Origin: Schizochytrium sp. TIO01
Taxonomy: Eukaryota; Protista; Bigyra: Labyrinthulomycetes
Direction: 5' to 3'
DNA: 64,000 nt
Assembly (NCBI GenBank): GCA_004764695.1
Contig: SMSO01000031.1
Location: forward strand, 472,436 to 536,435
The translations under genes were made by a program, and so were the position numbers. Shown here in pieces: positions 10,922 through 21,600 of the stretch (positions are counted from its first letter, which is position 1; each line of letters starts with the position of its first letter). Below the pieces are notes generated by a model, which saw only the letters and a list, made by a program, of their open reading frames with translations, was not told where the DNA came from and did not search any database.

Positions 10922-12631
10922 ATGTTTCGTACAAGCTGGATAACCCCCCTTTTTTCTGAGGGTACCGGTTCGTCGCCTCTGGGGCATTTACATCTCGAAA
11001 GAACTCAGGCTTATAGTGATGCGATTCTCTCAGTCATCGCTACTGTCTTGGCGACTCCTTTGCTTCAGGTCACCGAAGCCTCTCAACGTGAAATCCTCAT
11101 CACAGGTAGAACCTTAAGAAGCGTTCTTACTTCACCTTACAGGCTTCAGGCGATGAGCATATATTACTGCGTTTTTATGTTCGTCACTTTGGTTTGGTTT
11201 TGGCAAGGAGCCAAATTTCATGGTCTCTCCAATTCAGATCATCCAACAATCCTTATCTATGCAAACTATCTTGAGCTGCTTGTTACCAGTCTCTTACCAT
11301 TTGCTGCGTCCTCTGCAGCAAATGCTGATTCCTCCTCTTCGGGAAAAGCTTCTCATATCTTTCCACTTTACGTTAATATTTTCGTTGTCGCATTAACTCA
11401 TCTCTTCTTTCAGGGTCTTGCACTCTATAGCCGCAAGGACAAGAGAAAATTAGCATGGTTGCACATCGAAGAAGGTCTCGCTATAACTACAACTTGTGGT
11501 CTTGCACTCATTTTAGGCATTTGGGAAACCAATCTCGCCTTTCTTATTTATCTTGGGATAGCTCCAATTGTTTTTATCTATCGGAAGCGATTCGCATCAG
11601 TTTCTTCCGCCCGAGAAATGGCGCATAGGTCTTCTATGCAGTCCTCAACCGCGCAAATTGAAAGACGTTTACAAACACAAAATGAAGCTGACGATAGGCA
11701 AGATGTAGTTCATAATATTGTTCTTTCTGCCAACCAAATGGATTGGAGCAGTCTAACAAGAGTTGATGAGCAAAGAGAATGCAATGATACTTATTCATCA
11801 CCTCTACTCAGGGAAGAGGCAAGAAGAAACTACGAGGGGGAAGGTTCACATGAAGCTATCCAGATACACCAGGTATTTAAGAGCCGCCTTGAGGCATTTA
11901 CCGACGGTATTATTGCAATTGCAGCGACCTTAATCGTGCTCGAACTAAAACCAACACCTCCTTGCAAAGACCTCACCAATCCAGAGGATTGCATCTTACA
12001 CTGGCGAGATGGCTGTCGTCCAGCCATGCCGGAGATTCTCAAATTTCAATGTATCTATGATGACACAGAAGCTACAGCACGGGGCCGTTTGCTCATGATA
12101 AGCTATGTCAGTACATTTGTAGTTCTCAATATCCTCCATGCTCAGCATCATGCAATTTTCGACAGTATTACACAGAATGTGAGTGATCTCTACATCCAGA
12201 TGCTGAATGCACACTTTTGTGTGCTTGTAGGAATGCTTCCGTTTGGGTTTACTCTCGTATCTCAGTTCGCAATTCAACCGCTTTCTGAAAGTTATTTCCA
12301 AACGTTTCTTTTTGAAAGAAAAACGAAAATTACTCCAGACCAGGATGCTGCAGCCACAGCCTGCACATTTGCTGGTGTAATTCTCCTGCTAACATCGACT
12401 TGTTTACTAGGGCTCTATATTCGCAGCGTCATGCTCGAACAGAAAACCCCAAGCATTGCAGACATAGTTCGGTTTAGCATTGTGCCATTATTTTGTCTTG
12501 CAGTAGTGATTTCCCTTGCACTTGGTGCCGACGAGGTCATTTTTCTTTGGACGGTTCTTCTTCTTCCTGTAATAGTTATTGTAACTAAACACGTGCGCGA
12601 GGCTATGCCATCATGCCTCTTTCAGCGATGA
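10922..12631 (+). CDS. TMEM175: TMEM175-like endolysosomal K+/H+ channel, two tandem repeats
   Basis: 569 aa, many hydrophobic segments, two TM1 signatures of the RxxxFSD type: RTQAYSDAILSVIATV (nt ~11000) and RLEAFTDGIIAIAATL (nt ~11885). Start codon uncertain. Confidence 0.85.
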   Translation: MFRTSWITPLFSEGTGSSPLGHLHLERTQAYSDAILSVIATVLATPLLQVTEASQREILITGRTLRSVLTSPYRLQAMSIYYCVFMFVTLVWFWQGAKFHGLSNSDHPTILIYANYLELLVTSLLPFAASSAANADSSSSGKASHIFPLYVNIFVVALTHLFFQGLALYSRKDKRKLAWLHIEEGLAITTTCGLALILGIWETNLAFLIYLGIAPIVFIYRKRFASVSSAREMAHRSSMQSSTAQIERRLQTQNEADDRQDVVHNIVLSANQMDWSSLTRVDEQRECNDTYSSPLLREEARRNYEGEGSHEAIQIHQVFKSRLEAFTDGIIAIAATLIVLELKPTPPCKDLTNPEDCILHWRDGCRPAMPEILKFQCIYDDTEATARGRLLMISYVSTFVVLNILHAQHHAIFDSITQNVSDLYIQMLNAHFCVLVGMLPFGFTLVSQFAIQPLSESYFQTFLFERKTKITPDQDAAATACTFAGVILLLTSTCLLGLYIRSVMLEQKTPSIADIVRFSIVPLFCLAVVISLALGADEVIFLWTVLLLPVIVIVTKHVREAMPSCLFQR

Positions 12632-14320
12632 ACGAGGTTGCCACTCGAACATAGGGACAAAAGGCGCAAAACCAGCCCCCCCCTGGGCATCGCGCTCCCG
12701 CAGGTTTGCGAGCAGAGACGTACATTCTTCCCCGCGCTCTTGTGCCAAACTTGCCAAACGCTCAATTTGAAGACGAAGACGAGCTTTGCGCTTGGCTTGA
12801 CCACGCTGCTGTCGTTTGCGCTCGCTTGACCTCAAAAGACGCTCAAGAGCCACAACGTGCCTGGCTACGGTTTCATTAGACAAGTCGAGGCGTTCCACGC
12901 GTTTGCGCCAGTCATCAGCCATAAACAAATGTTCTGCACAGAGAATAGCATTCTCAGGTCTTGTACCAGGGAATCCGTCAAGAGGGGTTTCTGAAAAGTT
13001 GGTTGCGCAGCTATTACACAACAGAACAAAGTCTTTACAAACAAAACACTGCAACCCTTCGCGAGTATCACTCCACGGACATCCGCAAGAAAGACACTTT
13101 GATCGCGGGATGTGCTGCACTTCATCACCTTCTCCAACAATTTTTTGACTAAACCTTTTGTCAAACTGAAAATTAATTCCTTCAAAAAAGCAATCTTGAT
13201 GTTGTTGTCCCAGCTCTTCCTCTTCCTTATCAAAGTTTGCTGATACTACAGAAGGGTCAGCATCTTTCTTACTTTCAGATTTTTCTTTTGAGAGGTTGGA
13301 AAGAGGGTAAGGTGCCGTAGATCCAAGCATCTTCGTTCCGACACCACTGCTCTGGGCAGACTGACTGAAACGCTCAAGGTACGAGTGAATCCCACCGGCG
13401 AGTTGGCTTACTTCCGCGGCGACACCTAATTGGCGCACATACGCACTCGCCTTTTCACAGCGAATCCCGCCTGTACAAAACATGGCAACATGCTTACCTT
13501 TGAGAAGGTCTTCGTTTGCTTCAATCCATGATGGAAATTGCGCAAAGCATCGCAATTTGGGATCTACAGCTTGACGAAAGGTACCCACAGCTGTTTCGTA
13601 ATGGTTTCTGGTGTCAATCACTACAATATTATTGTCAGTTTCTGAGCGGCGAAGTATTTCGTGAAATTCCTCAGGGCTAAGGTGGTTTCCTCCTTTTCCT
13701 CCAAGCGCAGTTGGCTTAGCTGTGCGCATCGGTCCTGTCGAGGTAATTTCTGAGCATTTTCGAACGTGCAGTTCACCATCAAAAGGATCCAAACCAGGTG
13801 CTACTTGACTGGACTTGTACTGAATATTATCAAATTCCGAAGTGGCTTCCATGTATTCTTCATATTTGTTTAAGGAATCCTTTAGGCCATACAGAGTTCC
13901 ATTGATTCCTTCCGGCGCAAGACGAATACGCCCACTCAAACCGAGTGATTTGCAAATTTCTGTCTGCTTTTGTAATACGGTTTCTACATCATCTAGGTTC
14001 ACATATTTGTAGTACAAGATGACTTCGTAATCCCCACTGTGCTCACTCCTTGCGGTTGTCAGTGAAGAACCTTCCCTAGATGCCATTGCATTGCTTCTTA
14101 GGTCAACGTCTGAAGCGTCCTGAGTGGCGTCCTGAGTGGCGTCCTGTGCAGTTGCAAGGTCCGTGAAGTTACCTTGGGTCATGTTGCTTCCTGACTTCAA
14201 TTCTTTTGAAGGTCGAACTACCTCTGCCTCAAGTTTCCTCTTGGACCCACTCGGGCTTGGAGGCGTAGGCTGCATGCACGATTGACTCTGGAATTCCGAC
14301 ACGAGCTCGTTGGACTTCAT
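12611..14320 (-). CDS. TSTD2: Rhodanese-domain protein, TSTD2/TrhO (YceA, UPF0176) family
   Basis: ILYYKYV..GRIRLAPEGINGT N-domain; IDTRNHYETAVGTF; active-site loop FCTGGIRCEKAS; LAGGIHSY; FDKR; Cys-rich Rhodanese_C-like region. Confidence 0.9.
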   Translation of the reverse strand: MKSNELVSEFQSQSCMQPTPPSPSGSKRKLEAEVVRPSKELKSGSNMTQGNFTDLATAQDATQDATQDASDVDLRSNAMASREGSSLTTARSEHSGDYEVILYYKYVNLDDVETVLQKQTEICKSLGLSGRIRLAPEGINGTLYGLKDSLNKYEEYMEATSEFDNIQYKSSQVAPGLDPFDGELHVRKCSEITSTGPMRTAKPTALGGKGGNHLSPEEFHEILRRSETDNNIVVIDTRNHYETAVGTFRQAVDPKLRCFAQFPSWIEANEDLLKGKHVAMFCTGGIRCEKASAYVRQLGVAAEVSQLAGGIHSYLERFSQSAQSSGVGTKMLGSTAPYPLSNLSKEKSESKKDADPSVVSANFDKEEEELGQQHQDCFFEGINFQFDKRFSQKIVGEGDEVQHIPRSKCLSCGCPWSDTREGLQCFVCKDFVLLCNSCATNFSETPLDGFPGTRPENAILCAEHLFMADDWRKRVERLDLSNETVARHVVALERLLRSSERKRQQRGQAKRKARLRLQIERLASLAQERGEECTSLLANLRERDAQGGAGFAPFVPMFEWQPRSSLKEA

Positions 14321-14446
14321 TTCTTTCTTTCTTCTGCTGTGCTTTTTGAATGAGCTTTGAAAATTGTGGCCACCTATCGCTACTACCTACTATCCTATTT
14401 ATTATTCCGGGCACTAGGAAGGGCTTCCATCGACTTGTCCCTTTCA

Positions 14447-14570
<124 letters not shown>

Positions 14571-15054
14571 CCGGGAGAAGCAGAAGAATTAGTAGAAGTA
14601 GAAGAATTAGTAGTAGTAGATGCTTACCTACCTACCTACGTACTCTCACTGGTAGTCGAGGCATAGCTTTAATCTTTGAAAACTCACGCCGCAAGTCAAA
14701 CTAGTAGCTACTACCAGTGCTACTACTCATGCGCGATGAAGAAGAAGACGAAAGAGCAAGAAGAAGAGGAGACTATGAGTAGGAAGATGAGTACCTATCT
14801 ACAGAATGAAGGAAGTCTGAGTCTAGTAAGGTAAACTGGTAGGACTTCACCTAGTACCAATGTTCTTTCGTGAAGGAGTGGCCATGGTGACCATACGCCC
14901 AAACCATCGTGGACATTTATTACAATCTGCATCTTGCCGAAATTTACAAACTATCAGATCAGGCTGCGACGAGACGCAAGGTCTAACACGGTTTCGCAAG
15001 GTGTCGCAAGGTTTCGCTACTTTGGCATAAGGTTGTGAGACTTACACTGCAAGG

Positions 15055-16284
15055 ATGGACCAGGTGGAAGAACTTGTAGGGTTCTTGCGTGCCCCGAGGC
15101 CTGACGTGCGTAAACAGGCAGCAGAAACAGTTCTGTCCCTCACAGGCACCGATGCAGGAGTCGTACTACTGCTTTCGACACACGGCGACGACAAAGATGT
15201 GTTGTCGTTGTTAGCACGGCTGATTGGCGACCAGGAGGCCATTGCACAATACGCGGTGGCAGCTCTCGTGAACATGTCCACAAACGACCGTGCTAACGCA
15301 GCTCTTGTAGAAAAGAAGTTGTTTTGGTCATCTCTTCTTGAAACCCTCAAGGGTCTGCAAGACATCAAAAGCAACTCAGCTGCCGTGCCCCCGATTCTCC
15401 GCAACTGCGTCAAGCTCCTCAACAACGTCACCACATCTGTTGCTGGAGCAAACCGCCTCATCGAGGGTCGTCTTGGTCGTGAGTATGGTGGCCTTGACGT
15501 GAAGCTTCTATTGCGAGCATTTTTGCGCAAGCCTGCAGAGATTCCTGAAGCAGGCCTCGTCTTTACCAATACAACTCGAATTGATGAAGGCCGCGACATT
15601 TTCCTCAAGGAGGATGGTCTCCAGGCCATCAAACAGCTCATCACTCTAGTCACTGCTGAAGATCCTGTTCTCCGCCGCGGAGCTGTCCTTACCCTCCGTA
15701 ATTGCTGCTTTGACACATCGCGCCACGACCTTCTAATGAAATCAACCCACTTGGTGGACACTTTCTTGCAACGTCTTATTGGCCCCGAGGGTATTGAAAG
15801 CCCCGAGGACTTTGCTGACCTCTCTACCCGTTTGCAAGACGTTATCAACACCTCTCACGAGCCTGGCAACGAGCCTCTGGAGCGAGAGACTGAGGATGAT
15901 GTACGCCGAGGCATTGTCGACACCCTTGTGATCCTCTGCACTACACGACCTGGCCGTGAGGGTCTCCGTGAACACAACACTTACGGCGTAGTGAAGGTAT
16001 ACCACCCAACTGAATCTAACGAAGACATTTCGGAGGTGGTTTTCAAACTTGTCGACATGCTTCTTGCCGACGAGGAAGACATTGAGGAGGCTACTGCTAG
16101 TATGGGTGTTGCTGCTGCTGTTGCTCAAAATAGTGGTGTTGAAATTGAGGAGATTCACGACACTGAGGACGGTAAACCCGTTGAGGCAGCCGAAACGAAG
16201 ACAGAGACTGCAAATCTCGAGGAAAATGATGATGCTGATGATGATGATGGAGAAGAGGAAAGCATTCTTCTCGCTGTTGACTAG
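15055..16284 (+). CDS. HGH1: HGH1 (FAM203) armadillo-like eEF2 co-chaperone
   Basis: MDQVEELVGFL..PDVRKQA..LSLTG N-terminus; ALVNMS; RRGAVLTLRNCCFD; ERETEDDVR..LVILCTTRPGREGLR; acidic tail. Confidence 0.88.
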   Translation: MDQVEELVGFLRAPRPDVRKQAAETVLSLTGTDAGVVLLLSTHGDDKDVLSLLARLIGDQEAIAQYAVAALVNMSTNDRANAALVEKKLFWSSLLETLKGLQDIKSNSAAVPPILRNCVKLLNNVTTSVAGANRLIEGRLGREYGGLDVKLLLRAFLRKPAEIPEAGLVFTNTTRIDEGRDIFLKEDGLQAIKQLITLVTAEDPVLRRGAVLTLRNCCFDTSRHDLLMKSTHLVDTFLQRLIGPEGIESPEDFADLSTRLQDVINTSHEPGNEPLERETEDDVRRGIVDTLVILCTTRPGREGLREHNTYGVVKVYHPTESNEDISEVVFKLVDMLLADEEDIEEATASMGVAAAVAQNSGVEIEEIHDTEDGKPVEAAETKTETANLEENDDADDDDGEEESILLAVD

Positions 16285-18625
16285 ACACCAGCTCATGCTT
16301 TTTACAGGTCAATTTCATATGTATTAGCCCCAAACCCAGCCTATTTGAGAAGGGAGCCTAGGTTGACTTTTCTTAGGCAAGCTTGTTCCCCCCATGCATA
16401 CCTGATGGATTTCACAGATTCTCTCGTACGATTTTATTTTTTTCACAACCAAAGTCGGGTGCTATGAAAAGCGAGGCTTCCAATAGCCAACTTGGGAAGC
16501 TGATAGGGAGTCGGTTTCAGGAGAATGAATTCCGAGATACCAACTGAGGCAAATCGAGCTACTTCGCATGAACTTGCTTCAAATATTTTATTTTTGTGCA
16601 TGCTTATGACTCCTACAAGATGGGCTGATTGGCCAACCTAATCGTATTATTGTAAAACCACGAAGATGTCCTGAAGCATAGACTTACTCAATCTACACTA
16701 TTCGTCCTGTTTTCAAATAGAACCATTGTAATAGTCAATGACTCTCTTTTAAAAGCTTAGGTTAATAGTCTCTTTTTAAGTGAAGATATTTTCAAGTTGA
16801 AACATTTTTAAATTTTCAGATTTGTTTGATTTCTCGAGAGTGTTGCAAAGTCCTCGGTCCTGACATCTGATCAATTATGGATGTCGAGATCTTACAGTTA
16901 TCAATTCATGTTCGCAGAAGACATCTAAAATTGTGGGATATCTTATCTCTAGATTTTGGGTGAAGATTTTAAATTTCTTTTGCTATGCAACAGTGCCGTG
17001 CCCCACATTATAAGCCAGATTGGAGCCCTGAAAAACAACCAGGAATCTAATTTTCAGGTGGATAACTTTCATTAAATGAGTACATTTACAAATGAATAGT
17101 TCACAAACGAGCAACTCAACCGCAGAAGATAATGTGTTATACTCGGTATTTATGTACCTAGGTGCTACTCCACCTAGAGGATACAATCCTAAGTCAAAGC
17201 AAAATTGAACGATTGCCTTGCTTTCCGTTTTTGACCCAAGTCAAAAGATTTTTCAATTCAGTACCCCTGACTAGTGAGAGTGATAGATACCTACCATGGA
17301 ATGTTACCAGACTATATATGTGGTACCTACCTACCTAATACAAACTAGTAAAAGGGGAGAATGGGAAAAAACCGCCGCACCATTGACAGGTATATATATA
17401 TAGAGAGAGAGTATGCCTGTAAGTGCTGTTTTTGCCTAAGGTGGAGGAGGGGTATTAGGAAGAGTAGCCCTGACTTTTAGCGAGAGAGGGTCTAAGGTAG
17501 ATCGATAGATAGATAGACAGATGCCATAGTAAGGACGAGAGAGAGCGATAAAGAGAAGGGAGAAAGCGAGAGGTAGGTGGCTAGCTAGGTGCTAGACAGG
17601 CATTGACTAGTCACTCTACTTTACCAGCACTGCTACTAGAATCCACTATTTAGGTCCACTAGGGCTAATCATTGATCATAAAAGACCAACTAGTAGTAGT
17701 CACTAGCCCCCTGAGTAGGAGGAGGTGCAGATGATAGTGGGAGAGGCTGTTAGGCAGGTGTTAGCTACCCTATGTAGAGGTAGATGGGTGGTACGTAGTA
17801 GTTAGCTAGCATAGTGGCATAGTGGTAGTTAGACGAAATACTAAGGTGATGCTCTCAGATGATGGGTCGTGGACGGAGTGCTTAGCTGGTTAGATAGCCA
17901 CTCTTAGACAGAGAAGTAAACAGAAGGAATGAAAGGAGCAAAAGGAGCAACAAGAGGAGCAAGGAGGACCCTCGATCTCAATCTCTCTCTGTGTATCTCT
18001 TGCACGCAGAGTCGAGTGGTGCTCCGCAGGAGGCGTGTAGCCCGGGGGGATCAAATCAGGTGGGCGGCGTCCCTGTCACGCTCTGGCGTGGGCAGAGGCT
18101 GCAGTGCCAAGGGAGAGTGCTGATAACGGCATCCATCATCGTTAGCGAGCCGCCAGCTAACTCTCTATCTATTTAGTTTAGCCAAGAGCGAGCTAGTCTT
18201 CACCTTGCCTCGGCCGAGTTCATCGGCTAGGTTTGTGTTTATCTGTCCATCTGTGCCAAACTGTTTTGCGTTGCTGCGCTCTTATCCTTCGTAGCAGCCT
18301 TTCTATTTGGACTCGTTGGAGAGATTTCATCCAAATCAATCATCTGCTTGTGAAGCAACTAAGCAACATTGGTTCATCAGTATCTATCAAACTGTTTTGA
18401 TTGACAGGTACTGACTCACCTCCACTTCGGGCAGTATCTTCACCTCCTTCATCCCTTACCTTTCTTTAGAAGAAAATCTTTCTACAGGAGAGGAGAACAT
18501 CTTTGACGCTCTTTTGCTTTGAGTAGTGAACATCCGTCTATAGATCTATCCGTGCTTTTGTGCATCTATTCTCAGCTCTGTCGACTTGCCAATACACAAA
18601 ATCGAATCAAATCTGCTTTGTCAAA

Positions 18626-21600
18626 ATGAGCTTTGGTGGATTTAATTCGGGTGGCGGCGGAGGCTTCGGCAACTCTGGCGGTGGCGGTTTCGGTAACTCT
18701 GGAGGCAGTGGTGGATCCCTTTTTGGTGGCGGAAACTCCGGTGGAGGTTTTGGAGCCTCTAACACTGGGGGAGGTTTTGGAGCCTCTAATAACTCTGGAG
18801 GAGGTTTTGGAGCCTCTAATAACTCTGGAGGAGGTTTTGGAGCCTCTAATAACTCTGGAGGTGGCGGCTTTGGCTCGTCAAACTCTGGTAGCAGCTTCGG
18901 CTTTGGCGGAGGTAACAACAATTCAGGAGGCGGCTTTGGCTCCTCGAACACCGGAGGTAGCTTTGGTAGCTCAAACACTGGCGGTGGCTTTGGCAGTTCG
19001 AACACTGGCGGCGGATTTGGGTCTTCAAATACCGGTGGTGGCTTTGGCTCCACCAACACTGGTGGTGGCTTTGGCTCCACCAACACTGGTGGTGGCTTCG
19101 GCTCCAACACTAGTTTTGGCTCTCCTAGTCAGCCAGCAAACAACTCGTTTGGTAGTGGTGGAAGTTTTGGGTCCTCTAATACAGGTGGCGGCTTTGGGTC
19201 TTCCAATGCTGGCGGTGGCTTTGGGTCTACCAATACTGGCGGCGGCTTTGGGTCTACCAATACTGGCGGCGGCTTCGGGTCTAACAATACTGGCGGCGGT
19301 AGTTTGTTTGGTGGTAGCAGTACCTCAAACAACTCTGTATCCTTTGGAGGCTTTAACAGCAGTAGCACTAGTGCTGGTGGATTCGGATCTTCAAACGCTA
19401 CTGGCGGATTCGGAGCCTCTAATTCAGGAGGTGGCTTCAATGCAGGTAGTACAGGTACCACTGTCGAATTCCAGCCCACTGTGGACTCTGCTAGCAGTAG
19501 TAATGAGGTGTTTATGACTATCTTAGCAATGAACCAGTACGCAAATAAATCTGCGGAGCAGCTTCGTTTGGAGGACTACAGCGCTGGCCGCCGACCAGGC
19601 TCAACCCAGGGAAATTCAGGGCAACCTGCAAGTGGAGGGTTTGGCGCCCCTGCCTCTGGAGGCGGCCTCTTCGGTTCTAACAACACAAACGCAAACAGTG
19701 GAGGTTTGTTTGGAGGTGGTGGGAACTCTGGAACATCCTTTGGCGCTAGCAATAACAATGGTGGAGGTGCTCTTTTTGGTTCATCAGGTAACACCAACTC
19801 TTTTGGCACCTCCTCCTCGAGTGGTGGCATGTTTGGTTCAAGCAATACCTCCACTAGTGGCTTTGGGAGTACCAGTACTGGGTTTGGTAGCAACACTCAA
19901 ACAAACTCCGGTGGAGGTCTCTTTGGAGGCGGAAACAACACGAACAGCTCAGGTGGAGGTCTCTTTGGTGGCGGAGGAAATCAAAACACAAACACTGGAG
20001 GAGGTCTTTTCGGTGGCGGCGGAAACACAAACACCGCCGGTGGTTTTGGATCCAATCAACCTCAGAGTGGAGGCCTTTTTGGATCTTCGAATTCCCAAGC
20101 TAGTTCTGGAGGTCTTTTTGGAGGAAATACTGCGAACAATAACACCTTTGGAAACAGTGCAAACAACAGTGGTGGTGGGCTTTTTGGTTCTACGAACAAC
20201 AATCCAAGTGGCGGATTTGGTTCTTCTAATGCTAGCGGTGGTGGCCTTTTTGGTGGATCGAATACTGGCACTGCTGGTCAGACAAACCAGTTTGGTTCTT
20301 CAGGAGGATCTCTGTTTGGTGGTCCTACAGCTACAAATAATACTTCTGGCGGCCTCTTCGGTGGCTCCAACAACAATGCCGGCGGTGGAGGTGGTCTTTT
20401 TGGATCCTCCAACAATACAAGTGCTAGTGGAGGTGGCCTCTTTGGCTCCACGAACACTAACACAAGTGGAGGGGGTCTTTTCGGCTCTAGCACTGCCGCT
20501 CCCAACACAGGTGGTGGCCTTTTTGGTGGGTCAGCTGGCACTTCTGGTGGTGGTGGTCTCTTCGGTTCTTCAAGCGCTGCTCCCGCAAATGGCGGAGGTG
20601 GTCTCTTTGGAGGCTCGGGAGCGTCTACCGGCTTCGGCTCCAGCAATACCACAGGTGGTGGCGGTCTTTTCGGTAGCTCGGGGAACACATCAAATACATT
20701 TGGTTCAGCCAACACGAGTGGTGGAGGCCTTTTTGGCTCAACCACCACTAACAACACAGCAGGTGGTGGCCTCTTCGGGAACTCTGGCACATCGTCCTTC
20801 ATGCAGTCATCACAGCCGCAGCAGCAACCAATGCAAAATCAAATGCAACCCAACAATCAACTTTTGATGCAGCAGCAAATGCTGGCATTAACGCAAGGCG
20901 AACCTTACGCAATGGGTCCGTCGAGTCAAATGGCCCGTCATATCGCACTTGCCAATGAAGCATGGAATCCTGAGCCAAATAGTGAAGACAAGTCTCGGGA
21001 TGTTGATGACGATTCAGACCGCTTGGGTCGTCACTCAGGATCTGTCGTGAAGTCTGACAAGACGAAAACCCCTGGTCGTGGTGTGGGCTCAACACCAATT
21101 GGCAAGGTTCAGATTAGACCTCGTGGTTATGGTCGCACTTATGGTGCTGTTGCTTCTATGGTCGGTTCTGATGCTGCCTCAGCACCGGGTTCTAGCTTGC
21201 GCTCTGCGCGCACTGTTTCAGCTGCAGCTCCATCGACTCCAGGACCCTCCAATGGTAATGTCAAGACTGCCACAGACAAGGCAAAACAAGATAAACCTGG
21301 AAATGGTGTTCTTACGCCTGGTGTCTTTGATTTGAACAAAAGACTATCTATCAAAAAATCAAATCGGAAGAACACCCCTCTAGCTCTGAGTTCTTCACAA
21401 AATGTCCCTGCTATTGAAAATGTTGACAGTGAAGATTCTCATAGTCAATATAGGGGCGGCGCTAGCAGCAGCGATGACGAGAATAAGTCATACGATGATT
21501 CTTTAAAGACTCCTTCCCGTACTGGCGGGGCAAAATCGCACAGCAAGTCTTCATCCACGCCCCTGCATGACGAGGAAGGTGTTTACGATACACCCGATCG

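Noticed and set aside
18730-19300. Regular 27-30-nt repeats suggestive of a CRISPR-like array
   Set aside because: In-frame coding FG repeats with synonymous variation, no unique spacers, eukaryotic context.
18607-20867. Long alternative-frame and antisense ORFs (up to 411 aa) over Nup98
   Set aside because: By-products of the stop-poor FG-repeat codons.
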